64,000 nt of DNA, from the NCBI GenBank assembly GCA_963734155.1, contig CAVTGG010000014.1, positions 309,841 to 373,840 of the forward strand, written 5' to 3'. The notes beneath the pieces were generated by a model. It was not told where the DNA came from. It searched no databases and saw nothing but the letters and a program-made list of their open reading frames with translations. This document shows, one piece after another, positions 1-8,609 of the stretch. Within the stretch, counting starts at the first letter, position 1, and each line of letters starts with the position of its first letter. This DNA comes from an uncultured Acidobacteriota bacterium. GTDB taxonomy: Bacteria > Acidobacteriota > Thermoanaerobaculia > Gp7-AA8. A program made the position numbers and the translations under genes.

Positions 1-1
1 C

Positions 2-1984
2 TTGTTTCAATACGACGAGTGGCGCGTGTCGAGCCGCTCGACGGAAATGCAGACGACGATCGGGCGCAAGCTGATTCGCCGCGACCGCACGCGCGAGCAG
101 AGCTACCGCAACCGCCTCGGCGCATCGCAGGCGATCGCCGTGTGGGACGGCTGGCGCGTGCGTCTTCCGCAACTCGAAGAGCTCGCGCGCACGCTCGGCT
201 CGGAAGGATGGACGATCGAGATCGACTCCGCGCCGCTGCGCGTCACGGACGACTTCGACGTCGAGATCACGAGCGGCATCGACTGGTTCGATCTCGATGC
301 GCACGCGAGCTTCGGCGACGCGCGCCTCGGTCTTCCGGAGTTGCTCGCGGCGTCGGAAGCGAAGCGCACGCTGCTGCGGTTGTCCGACGGCTCCTACGGC
401 ATCGTTCCTTCTTCCTGGACGGACACGCTCGCGCCGCTCGTCGACCTCGGCAAACGCGAAAACGATCGCATCCGCTTCCGACCGACGCAGGCGCTGCTGA
501 TCGACGCGCTGCTGCAATCGCGCTTGAAAAAGAGCGACAACGCCTTCGCCGATCTGCGCCAGCGGCTCGCCGCCGCGGCACCGGTCCCGCGCAACGAGCC
601 GCGGACGCTGCAAGCGACGTTGCGTCCCTATCAACGCGCCGGCCTGGGATGGCTGCACTTTCTCCGCTCGATCAACACCGGCGGTTGTCTCGCCGACGAC
701 ATGGGCCTCGGCAAGACCGTGCAGACGCTCGCGTTGCTCGAAGAGCTGCGCGCGGGCGGCACCACGCGGCCGTCGCTCGTCGTCGCCCCGCGCTCGCTGC
801 TGTTCAACTGGGCCGCGGAGGCGCAGCGATTCGCGCCGAAGCTGCGCGTGCTGCAGCATCACGGCACCGAGCGCGCGAAGAACGAATTCGCCGGCTACGA
901 CCTCGTGCTCACCACGTACGCAACGATGCGGCTCGACGTCGCGCGTCTCGCGGAGACGGAGTTCGAATACGTCATCCTCGACGAAGCGCAGGCGATCAAG
1001 AACACGACGAGTCAGGTCGCGAAGGCGAGCCGCCTCTTGAACGCAAAACATCGGCTCGCACTGAGCGGCACGCCGATCGAGAATCACCTCGGCGAGCTTT
1101 GGAGCCTGTTCGAGTTTCTCAATCCCGGTCTCCTCGGCTCGTCGCGCGCGTTCGGCCGCACGTTCGCATCGAAGACCACGCCGCCCGAGCGCCGCGAAGC
1201 GCTCGCGCGCGCGCTGCGTCCGCTGATCCTGCGCCGCACGAAGGAACAGGTCGCGCCCGAGCTGCCGGAGCGCATCGAGCAGACGATCTACTGCGAGCTG
1301 GATGGAAAACAGCGAAAGCAGTACGACGAGCTGCGCGAGCATTACCGGCAGTCGCTGCTCACGAAGGTTCAGAAGGGCGGCATCGAGAAAGCGCGCATGC
1401 AGATCCTCGAAGCGCTGCTGCGTTTGCGCCAGGCCGCCTGCCATCCCGCGCTCATCGATCCGCGCACGGACGCGGAAAGCGCGAAGATGGATCTGCTCAT
1501 GGACGAGCTGCGCGAAGTGCTCGACTCCGGCCACCGCGCGCTCGTCTTCTCGCAATTCACGTCGCTGCTCGCGCTCGTCCGCCGCGCGCTCGACGCCGAA
1601 GGCGCCGGCTATCTCTATCTCGACGGCAAAACGCGCGACCGCCAATCGCTCGTCAATGCGTTCCAGCACGACAACGGTCCGTCGCTCTTTCTCATCAGCC
1701 TCAAAGCCGGCGGCCTCGGATTGAATCTCACGAACGCCGACTACGTCTTCCTGCTCGACCCGTGGTGGAACCCGGCCGTCGAAGCGCAGGCCATCGACCG
1801 CGCCCACCGCATCGGCCGCCAGAAACCGGTCGTCGCCTACCGCCTCATCGCCCGCGACACCGTCGAAGAAAAAATCGTCGAGCTGCAAGCGCGAAAACGC
1901 GAGCTGGCCGAGTCGATTTTCTCGGAGGACAACAGCGTGCTGCGGAAGATCGAAGTGGAGGATCTGGAGCTGCTGCTGTCGTAG
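2..1984 (+). CDS. SNF2/RapA-like superfamily-2 helicase, 5'-truncated at window edge
   Basis: The ORF runs from the window edge. It has an SNF2_N-type ATPase core (LADDMGLGKT Walker A, DEAQAIKN DEAH-like box) followed by helicase-C motifs (LFLISLKAGGLGLNLT, QAIDRAHRIGQ). Confidence 0.85.
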   Translation: MFQYDEWRVSSRSTEMQTTIGRKLIRRDRTREQSYRNRLGASQAIAVWDGWRVRLPQLEELARTLGSEGWTIEIDSAPLRVTDDFDVEITSGIDWFDLDAHASFGDARLGLPELLAASEAKRTLLRLSDGSYGIVPSSWTDTLAPLVDLGKRENDRIRFRPTQALLIDALLQSRLKKSDNAFADLRQRLAAAAPVPRNEPRTLQATLRPYQRAGLGWLHFLRSINTGGCLADDMGLGKTVQTLALLEELRAGGTTRPSLVVAPRSLLFNWAAEAQRFAPKLRVLQHHGTERAKNEFAGYDLVLTTYATMRLDVARLAETEFEYVILDEAQAIKNTTSQVAKASRLLNAKHRLALSGTPIENHLGELWSLFEFLNPGLLGSSRAFGRTFASKTTPPERREALARALRPLILRRTKEQVAPELPERIEQTIYCELDGKQRKQYDELREHYRQSLLTKVQKGGIEKARMQILEALLRLRQAACHPALIDPRTDAESAKMDLLMDELREVLDSGHRALVFSQFTSLLALVRRALDAEGAGYLYLDGKTRDRQSLVNAFQHDNGPSLFLISLKAGGLGLNLTNADYVFLLDPWWNPAVEAQAIDRAHRIGRQKPVVAYRLIARDTVEEKIVELQARKRELAESIFSEDNSVLRKIEVEDLELLLS

Positions 1985-1987
1985 CGC

Positions 1988-2716
1988 TCACGGCGCGACG
2001 CCGACCGGCGAGTGATCGACTAGATAGCCGAAGATCTGCACGTTCTCCGCGCGCGCGTCGAGCTCGATCGTTTCGTAGCGCTCGTTCGTGCTCGTCAGGC
2101 GGATGGTGTGGCCGCTGATCTCGAATCGCTTGAGAAAGAGAGCATCGTCGCGGCGAAGCAGAACGGTGCGTCCGTTCGCGGTGCGAGGGCTGCGCGTCGG
2201 TTTGAGATACGTGAGCTCGCCATTGCGCAGCGGATCGATGCCGCCATCCATCGAATCGCCGACGACCTTGGCGATGATCCGCGCGCCGCGATTCCACGCC
2301 GTGCGCGGGATGAGCACGCGCTCCGTCTCCAGTTCCGCGATCAACTCCGCATTCGGATCAGCCGCAGCACGAACGGGCGACGCCGATCGATCGCGCGATG
2401 GCTTCACCAGCGAAACCACCGGCGCCATCGCCGCCGGCGGCAGCCAGTTGCTCAGAATCTCCTGCGCCCGCAACACCGCGGCGTGCGCGGTGCGCACCTG
2501 ATCGACTTCGACGACGATGTCGCCGTCGGTGAGGAGCAGCGCCGGATCGGCTCCGATGGCGCGCGCGATGGCGATGAACTCCAGCACCGTCGGAACCTGC
2601 TTCCGGTTCAGGATCTTGCTCAGCTTCGTCGCCGGCATTCCCGCGTCCGTGGCCACGCGAAGCCGTTTCAAACCGCTGGCCTGGACCGCGGCGATGAGCC
2701 GCTCGATGGCATCCAT
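1988..2716 (-). CDS. XRE-type HTH plus S24 peptidase (phage CI/LexA-like autoproteolytic repressor)
   Basis: The N-terminal HTH reads ATKLSKILNRKQVPTVLEFIAIARAIG. The C-terminal S24 domain carries the catalytic Ser in VVGDSM with Lys downstream (LFLKRF). It is divergent from the peptide operon. Confidence 0.8.
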   Translation of the reverse strand: MDAIERLIAAVQASGLKRLRVATDAGMPATKLSKILNRKQVPTVLEFIAIARAIGADPALLLTDGDIVVEVDQVRTAHAAVLRAQEILSNWLPPAAMAPVVSLVKPSRDRSASPVRAAADPNAELIAELETERVLIPRTAWNRGARIIAKVVGDSMDGGIDPLRNGELTYLKPTRSPRTANGRTVLLRRDDALFLKRFEISGHTIRLTSTNERYETIELDARAENVQIFGYLVDHSPVGVAP

Positions 2717-2789
2717 CTACCCGGGACGGTACGTCGGCGTTTCGAATGGGTGTTGCACGAGCAGTTTCGCGACACGCAACACAGCTGCA

Positions 2790-2865
2790 CCGAATTGCGA
2801 ATATCGCGAGAAGACTCCAGTAAGTTACTTATTAAGCAACAAATGTTACTTGTCAAGCAACTGCA
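2790..2865. promoter_or_regulatory. AT-rich divergent promoter/operator region with two 17-bp direct repeats GTTACTT(A/G)T(T/C)AAGCAAC
   Basis: This is the only AT-rich patch between the repressor gene and the peptide operon. Repeats lie at 2824-2840 and 2845-2861. On the minus strand, TTGACA, a 17-nt spacer and TAATAA resemble a promoter reading toward the repressor. Confidence 0.45.
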
Positions 2866-2987
2866 CCCGCCGCACTTCACCGCCGCCGACGAGCCGCAAG
2901 CGTCTGAATTGCCGTGGCGCTGCTGTTGCATCCGCCTAACGGGACTTCCCGCATTCCACACGTTGCGCGACGAAAGGATGACGACAC

Positions 2988-3197
2988 ATGGCCGAGAACG
3001 AAACTCCCGATCGCCTGATTCACGAGATCCGCGAGATCAACGAGGCGCAGGACCGCTACGCCGTCAGCATGTCCGACACCGGCAGCGGCGGCGGCGCCGG
3101 CGACTCGAACGACAACACCAGCAGCGGCGGCAGCAGCGACACCACCGATACCAGCGACGGCAACGATTCGAACGACTCCTCCGACTCGGGCAACTGA
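2988..3197 (+). CDS. small acidic Ser/Asp/Asn/Gly/Thr-rich peptide (69 aa), candidate precursor or substrate peptide
   Basis: An AAGGA SD lies 9 nt upstream of the ATG. The N-terminal 30 aa look helical and leader-like (MAENETPDRLIHEIREINEAQDRYAVSMSD). The C-terminal 39 aa are low-complexity (TGSGGGAGDSNDNTSSGGSSDTTDTSDGNDSNDSSDSGN). The stop lies 5 nt before the next ATG. Confidence 0.5.
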   Translation: MAENETPDRLIHEIREINEAQDRYAVSMSDTGSGGGAGDSNDNTSSGGSSDTTDTSDGNDSNDSSDSGN

Positions 3198-3202
3198 CGG
3201 CG

Positions 3203-4387
3203 ATGGCGCAGGAAGACATCCTGCAGTTGGTCGGCAGCGAGGATTTCCTTCGGGAAACCTGGGGCCGGACCATGCAGCATTTCCAGGGAACGCCCGGCGC
3301 GTTCCATCAGGTGCTGCCGTGGGATGCGCTCAATGAGATCCTGCGCGCGCACCGGCTGGAACCTCCGCGCCTGCGGCTCGTCCGCCACGCGCAGTACGCG
3401 GCGGCGGAGAGCTACATCCGCGTCCGGCCGAACCGCCGCGGGCAGGCCATTCCGGAGATCATTCCGGAGCGCTTCACGGCACTGCTGCGCGACGGCTACA
3501 CGCTGATCGTCGATGCCATCGACGAAATGGCGCCGGCGATCCGGGAGATCGCGGTGGCGCTCGAGCGGTTGTTTCACGAGACCGTGCAGGCCAACCTTTA
3601 CACAGCCTGGCGTGATCTGCAGGGCTTCGACGTCCACTGGGACGACCACGACGTTTTGATCCTGCAGGTCTACGGCCGCAAACACTGGCGCGTGTACCGG
3701 GGCGGGCGGGAACATCCGCTGCACCGCGACATCGCGCCGAACACCGAGCCGCCGAAAGAGCTCCATTGGGAAGGAGAGCTGCGCGACGGCGACGTGCTGT
3801 ATCTCCCGCGCGGCTGGTGGCACGAGGCGGCAGGGTGCGGCGAGCCGACGCTGCATCTCACCTTCGGCATTCCGAAACGGAACGGCATCAACCTGCTGCA
3901 ATGGCTCACGGACGAACTGCGCGCGGCGACGGAGTTTCGCGCCGATCTGCCGCGCTTCGCGGACGCGGCAGAGCGCGCGCGGCACATGCAGGCGCTGCGC
4001 GCGCAGCTGCTTGCGCGCTGGGATGACACACTGCTCGAGCGGTATCTCGCTTCGGAAGACCAGCGCGCGCGCCCGCGCACCTGGGTGAATCTCCCGCTTG
4101 CGGCGCAGGAGGAGGCCGTTCCTCCGCTCGATGCAGTCGTCTCGCTCGCGATCGCGCGGCCGCCCGAGATTGCGAAAGGCGATGCCATGATCACCATCCG
4201 CGCGCTCGGCCGCGAATGGGATCTGGCCGCCGGAACAGAGCCCGCGTTTCGCCGCCTGATCGACGGCCCGACGACGGTCGCGGAGCTCTCGCGCACGCTG
4301 GAAGGCACGGCGACGGTCGGCCAGACGCAGACGTTCGTGGCCGACCTCGTCCGGCGCGGGCTGCTGACCGTTCACCATGCCGGCTGA
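3203..4387 (+). CDS. cupin-4/JmjC-family Fe(II)/2-oxoglutarate oxygenase (RoxA/YcfD-like) with C-terminal winged-helix region
   Basis: An HxD motif sits in VHWDDHD. LRDGDVLYLPRGWWHEA provides the second His, matching the YcfD-type cupin core. The length (394 aa) and C-terminal helical domain resemble ribosomal-oxygenase family proteins. Confidence 0.75.
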   Translation: MAQEDILQLVGSEDFLRETWGRTMQHFQGTPGAFHQVLPWDALNEILRAHRLEPPRLRLVRHAQYAAAESYIRVRPNRRGQAIPEIIPERFTALLRDGYTLIVDAIDEMAPAIREIAVALERLFHETVQANLYTAWRDLQGFDVHWDDHDVLILQVYGRKHWRVYRGGREHPLHRDIAPNTEPPKELHWEGELRDGDVLYLPRGWWHEAAGCGEPTLHLTFGIPKRNGINLLQWLTDELRAATEFRADLPRFADAAERARHMQALRAQLLARWDDTLLERYLASEDQRARPRTWVNLPLAAQEEAVPPLDAVVSLAIARPPEIAKGDAMITIRALGREWDLAAGTEPAFRRLIDGPTTVAELSRTLEGTATVGQTQTFVADLVRRGLLTVHHAG

Positions 4388-5288
4388 CGTCGCGCGGCCG
4401 TCGCGCGCGCTCTGTTCCACGGCATCGCGCGCCGCGGAGGAAGACCTCATCGGCACCGCCGAGCCGGTACATCACTGGATCGCCATCGAGCTGCGCTCGG
4501 GCTGGGGCCGCAATCCCATCGATCACGCCAATCTGCCGCCGGCGGTACGCGCGCGACTCGTCGAGCTCGTCGCTCGCGTGCCGCGGACGCGCGTCGTGTT
4601 CATCCGGCGCGACGGAACCCCTCCACCCGGCGTACAGGTGTATGTCGCGCGCACGCGCGAGTCGGGATCGGTTCTGCGGGCAGCGCGCGTTTCTGCAATC
4701 GACGACGTGGTCTCGATTCCGTTCGAACGTTTCTTCGACGCGGATGAGCCAATCGGCGACGATGCGCAACCGATTGCGCTCGTTTGCACGCATGGTCAAC
4801 ACGACTCCTGCTGCGGGTTGCGCGGCTATCCGACGTTCGAGGCGCTGAGCCGCCGATACGAGCACGTCTGGCAGTGCTCGCATGTCGGCGGCGACCGCTT
4901 CGCAGCGAACGTCGTGGTCCTGCCGGCCGGGATTTACTACGCTCGCGTCGAACCCGGCGATGCCGAAGCGATCGACGCAGCGCTGCGGAACGGCCGCATC
5001 GTTCTTCGCCACTACCGCGGGCGCAGCTGCTACGACCGCGCGGCACAAGTGATCGAAACGGTCGTTCGCCGCGCCCACCGTCTGATGCACCTCGACGACG
5101 TGCGCGTGCTCGACGTTCAGTCAACACGGCCGCAGGTCTGGATCGGCAGCGCGAGCGATTCCTCGGGAACCGTGCATACGATCGAAGTCATCGAACGGCG
5201 GACCTCCGCAGTCGGATTTCTCACCTGTTCGGCGAAGAAGCAGGAGCCGTGGCGCGAGTATGAAGTGCTGCGCCACGAGAGGTCCTAG
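4377..5288 (+). CDS. sucrase/ferredoxin-like (Apd1-type thioredoxin-fold, putative [2Fe-2S]) protein
   Basis: Family motifs are VCTHGQHDSCCG and CSHVGGDRFAANVVVLP. The ATG overlaps the JmjC stop by 11 nt (ATGCCGGCTGA), which suggests translational coupling. Confidence 0.7.
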   Translation: MPADVARPSRALCSTASRAAEEDLIGTAEPVHHWIAIELRSGWGRNPIDHANLPPAVRARLVELVARVPRTRVVFIRRDGTPPPGVQVYVARTRESGSVLRAARVSAIDDVVSIPFERFFDADEPIGDDAQPIALVCTHGQHDSCCGLRGYPTFEALSRRYEHVWQCSHVGGDRFAANVVVLPAGIYYARVEPGDAEAIDAALRNGRIVLRHYRGRSCYDRAAQVIETVVRRAHRLMHLDDVRVLDVQSTRPQVWIGSASDSSGTVHTIEVIERRTSAVGFLTCSAKKQEPWREYEVLRHERS

Positions 5289-5300
5289 CGCACGAGCTTC

Positions 5301-5660
5301 TCAAACAAATGCGCCAGCGCCGCCGCCAGATCGGCGTTCACTCCCGAATGCACCGGCGAGGTTTGAATGATCGTGCTGCGCGGAGCGACGAGCCAGTGAA
5401 AGCGCTCGCTCTGCGACAAGCAGGCCGATCGGTCCGGCGTCGGGGCCGCCGGCACAGATGCGCGGGATCGAATCGAGATAGCTTTGCACGACATCGCGAT
5501 CGAGCGACGGGGCGAGTGCGCTGAGGCGCGCTGCGTCGAGTGCGATGCGGGCGTCGAGGAAACGCGCCGTGCGGCTGAAGAGAATCACGCCCGCGTTGAC
5601 GAACTCACCGCGCTCCACGCGGGGGACGATGCGCACGACGGCGTAGTCAAACGCGTGCAC
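5301..5660 (-). CDS. DUF3037 domain protein (partner of HipA-like kinase)
   Basis: The conserved DUF3037 N-terminus is FDYAVVRIVPRVERGEFVNAGVILF. The start is a probable GTG at 5660, 14 nt inside the kinase gene end. An upstream ATG at 5732 is an alternative. Confidence 0.55.
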   Translation of the reverse strand: MHAFDYAVVRIVPRVERGEFVNAGVILFSRTARFLDARIALDAARLSALAPSLDRDVVQSYLDSIPRICAGGPDAGPIGLLVAERALSLARRSAQHDHSNLAGAFGSERRSGGGAGAFV

Positions 5661-6405
5661 GAATCGCCTCCTCCAGCCATGCGCGCGGCGACGCGAGGCG
5701 TCGCACGAGATAGTCGGCGTATGGCATCGCATCCTCTTCGAGCCACGAATCCGGAATCAGTTGCACGACTCGCTCGATCGCGTCGCGCGTGAGCAGCGCG
5801 CTCAGCTCTTCATCGACTTCGCGCAGCATCGTCGCCCAACGCAACAGCACATGATCGCGGATCTGCGGAAACGCGCTCGTCGCGCGCGACGGATCGCCGT
5901 TCCAGGAGTGATGCACGATCAGCGTCGCGCCGTGGTCGATCAGCCAGAGATCGCGATGCCAGATGAGGAGATTCGTGTTCTTCGCCGTGCGGTCGACATT
6001 CGTCACCAGCGCGTCGAGCCAGACGATGGACGAGGCGAGCCGCGGCTGGCCGGCGATCGCGGCGGCGCGCTCGACGAGAGGATCGAACGTGATCGATCCC
6101 GGGAGATAGTCGAGGGCGAGATTCAGTCCGACGCTCTTCCGCAGCAGATCCTGGATCTCGGGATCGGGCTCCGTCTTCGCCATCCGCTCATCGACCATGG
6201 CGAAGACGATCTCCGGCACGCGCAGTCCGAGGAGCCGGGCCAACTCGCCCGAGACCAGCTCGGCGATCAGCGCCTTCACTCCCTGCCCCGCGCCGCGGAA
6301 CTTGAGGACGTACGTGCCGTCGTCATCGCCTTCGACGATGGCCGGCAGCGAGCCTCCTTCGCGAAGCGGCGTCACATATTCGGTGCAAGTGATGGTGCGA
6401 AGCAT
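5647..6405 (-). CDS. HipA-like Ser/Thr kinase (HipA_C catalytic core only)
   Basis: The catalytic-loop equivalent is LVTNVDRTAKNTN (HipA has NxDDHxKN). A DFG-like LIDHGATL and a Gly-rich N-terminus are present. The start was chosen at the internal ATG 6405, so the long ORF extension upstream is treated as non-coding. Confidence 0.6.
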   Translation of the reverse strand: MLRTITCTEYVTPLREGGSLPAIVEGDDDGTYVLKFRGAGQGVKALIAELVSGELARLLGLRVPEIVFAMVDERMAKTEPDPEIQDLLRKSVGLNLALDYLPGSITFDPLVERAAAIAGQPRLASSIVWLDALVTNVDRTAKNTNLLIWHRDLWLIDHGATLIVHHSWNGDPSRATSAFPQIRDHVLLRWATMLREVDEELSALLTRDAIERVVQLIPDSWLEEDAMPYADYLVRRLASPRAWLEEAIRARV

Positions 6406-6888
6406 GCGAGGAGGGGATTCTCTCGTAAAATGGCGACGATGCGAACGCGCGCGCTCCTCACCTTTCTCGTGCTTCTGATGGTCGCCCTCGGCGCATCTGC
6501 GCAAAGCGACAGTGAATTCGGCCGCGCTTCCAGCGGCGCGATCAGCGCGATCACGAAAGGACCGAGCCAGTTCTCCGGCACGCTCTCGCTGTCGCTGGGC
6601 AGTGGTACCGGCTACGGCGCTTCCTTCGGAGGCGAAGCGATCAAGGATCGGCTCTGGGTGTTCGCCGCGGCGGCTGTTTTGCCTCAGATCCGGTTCTCGG
6701 AAACGAAGCTCGAAGATGCGAAAGCGACAGCGCTGCCGGTCGATTGGGCGAACGTGACCGCGTCGTTCAGTCAGCTGCGTTCGAACGACGTGTTGTTGCC
6801 GATCGTCGTTCCTCTCGCTGCGCTCGACGACGATGCTCTCCGATCGCATGATGATGAACATCAGCTTTTCGCGATCGGGGCGGTAGTG

Positions 6889-6964
6889 TGGAGCCGATGA
6901 CCGGACTCGAACCGGTGACCTGCTGATTACGAATCAGCTGCTCTACCAACTGAGCTACATCGGC
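6889..6964 (-). tRNA. tRNA-Thr (anticodon CGT)
   Basis: A manual cloverleaf fits: acceptor GCCGATG/CATCGGC, D-arm GCTCAGTTGGTAGAGC, anticodon stem GCTGA/TCAGC with loop TTCGTAA, T-arm ACCGGTTCGAGTCCGGT, discriminator T plus an encoded CCA. Confidence 0.85.
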
Positions 6965-7082
6965 GCTTAGGACAGGCAAGCCTGCCTGTCCGTCATCGAC
7001 GTCCCGGCAGGAACCACATGAACAGCGCGGGCGCGCATTCTATTCACCCCGGGCGGGGGTGTCGAGTAGGATGTGATCCAAC

Positions 7083-7159
7083 GCGCCCTTAGCTCAGCTG
7101 GATAGAGCATCAGACTTCGGATCTGAGGGTCGGGGGTTCGAATCCCTCAGGGCGCGCCA
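7083..7159 (+). tRNA. tRNA-Arg (anticodon TCG)
   Basis: The acceptor is GCGCCCT/AGGGCGC. The anticodon stem is TCAGA/TCTGA with loop CTTCGGA. The T-loop is TTCGAAT. An encoded CCA is present. Confidence 0.85.
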
Positions 7160-7168
7160 ACCTCCACT

Positions 7169-8605
7169 TTGTCGAAATCCGAGCGCATTCTTTTCTGGTC
7201 GTTGGCGGCAGCCTCGCTCGTGCTGCGCGCGCTCTCGTTTTTTCGCTATCGCTTCGACTCCGACGAGCAGCAGCATCTGCATGTCGCGTGGGCGTGGACG
7301 GACGGGCTCGTGCAGTACCGCGACGTCTTCGACAATCACCTGCCGCTCTTTCATCTGCTGACCGCGCCGCTGGTGGCGCTGTTCGGCGAGCGCGCGGACA
7401 TCCTCCTCTGGATGCGCCTGCCGATGCTCGCGTTGTTCGTGGTCGTGCTTTGGGCGACGTACAAGATTTCCGAGAGCGCGTGGGCGGTGGTGCTGTTGTC
7501 GCTCTTTCCGCCGTTCTTTCTCAAGTCGCTCGAGTTCCGCAACGACAACTTGTGGACGGCGCTCTGGATGCTCGCGATTCTCGGCGTGATGCGGCAATGG
7601 CGGCCGTTCGTGATCGGCCTTCTTCTCGGCGGCGCGTTCGCGGCGTCGATCAAGACCGTCGTGCTGCTGGTCGCGTTCGTGATCGCGTTCCCGAAACAGA
7701 AATGGCTGCAGATCCTCGCCGGCTTCCTCGTCATCCCGGCCGCGCTCGCGATCTACTTCGCGAGCGCCGGCGCGTTGGATGAGCTGCTGTACTGCAACTT
7801 CACCTTCAACGCGCACTTTGCGATGACGCGCAAGGGCCTTTGGGTTCTGCGCGTGCTCTTCCCGATTCTGCTCGCCTGCGTCCTCTGGCTCGCCAAACGT
7901 TTTCGCCCGCATGCGTTCGCGATCCTGATCGCGGTCTACGCGATCACGCTCCTGCCCCTCGGCGTTCCGATCTCGCCCCGCGATTTCCTCCCGCTCATGC
8001 CGCTGCTGGCGATCCTGTTCGCCGCGAATGCCACGCACCTGCAACGAGTGCTCGTTGCCGGCGTCTGCATCCTTGCGCTGTTCAAGTACGCGGACGGGTT
8101 CAAGGATCGAACGGAGTGGCACGTCACGATGCTGCATCAGGCGCTGCGACTCTCGCATCCCGGCGAGCTGCTGATGGACATCAAGGGCGAGACGATCTTT
8201 CGCCGGCGGCCGTTCTACTACGTCTTCGAGAACCTCACCCGCGCGCAGATGGATCGCGGGATCATCCGCGACACCGTGGCCGCGGACGTGATCCGCACGC
8301 GCACACACGTCGCGCAGGCGGACGGGCCGATGTGGCCGCCGCGGGCGCGCGCGTTTCTCAGCGAAAACTTTCTCGACATGGGACGGTTGCGTGCCTCGGG
8401 GCAATGGTTGAAGCCAGATGGCTCGTTCACCATCGCGGTTCCGGGCGAATACGTGATCGTGAGCGAAAACGGGGCAATCGGTCCTGCACGCGAGTACGCG
8501 GCAGGCACGTATCGCATCGCAATCAGAAAGAAGCTCGCGGTGATGTGGGCGCCGGCGTTCCGGCGCGGACACTCACCGTTCCATCTGCGCGATCGCGAGT
8601 TCTAA
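7169..8605 (+). CDS. GT-C fold integral-membrane glycosyltransferase (ArnT/PMT-like)
   Basis: About 11 predicted TM helices. The N-terminal loop with conserved acidic residues (FRYRFDSDEQQHLHVAWAW) is typical of the ArnT / dolichyl-phosphate-mannose transferase family. Confidence 0.55.
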   Translation: MSKSERILFWSLAAASLVLRALSFFRYRFDSDEQQHLHVAWAWTDGLVQYRDVFDNHLPLFHLLTAPLVALFGERADILLWMRLPMLALFVVVLWATYKISESAWAVVLLSLFPPFFLKSLEFRNDNLWTALWMLAILGVMRQWRPFVIGLLLGGAFAASIKTVVLLVAFVIAFPKQKWLQILAGFLVIPAALAIYFASAGALDELLYCNFTFNAHFAMTRKGLWVLRVLFPILLACVLWLAKRFRPHAFAILIAVYAITLLPLGVPISPRDFLPLMPLLAILFAANATHLQRVLVAGVCILALFKYADGFKDRTEWHVTMLHQALRLSHPGELLMDIKGETIFRRRPFYYVFENLTRAQMDRGIIRDTVAADVIRTRTHVAQADGPMWPPRARAFLSENFLDMGRLRASGQWLKPDGSFTIAVPGEYVIVSENGAIGPAREYAAGTYRIAIRKKLAVMWAPAFRRGHSPFHLRDREF

Positions 8606-8609
8606 CGAC

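Noticed and set aside
19-2118. 699-aa ORF in an alternative frame over the SNF2 helicase gene
   Set aside because: It is Arg/Ala-rich low-complexity translation typical of off-frame ORFs in high-GC DNA. The SNF2 frame carries the real helicase motifs.
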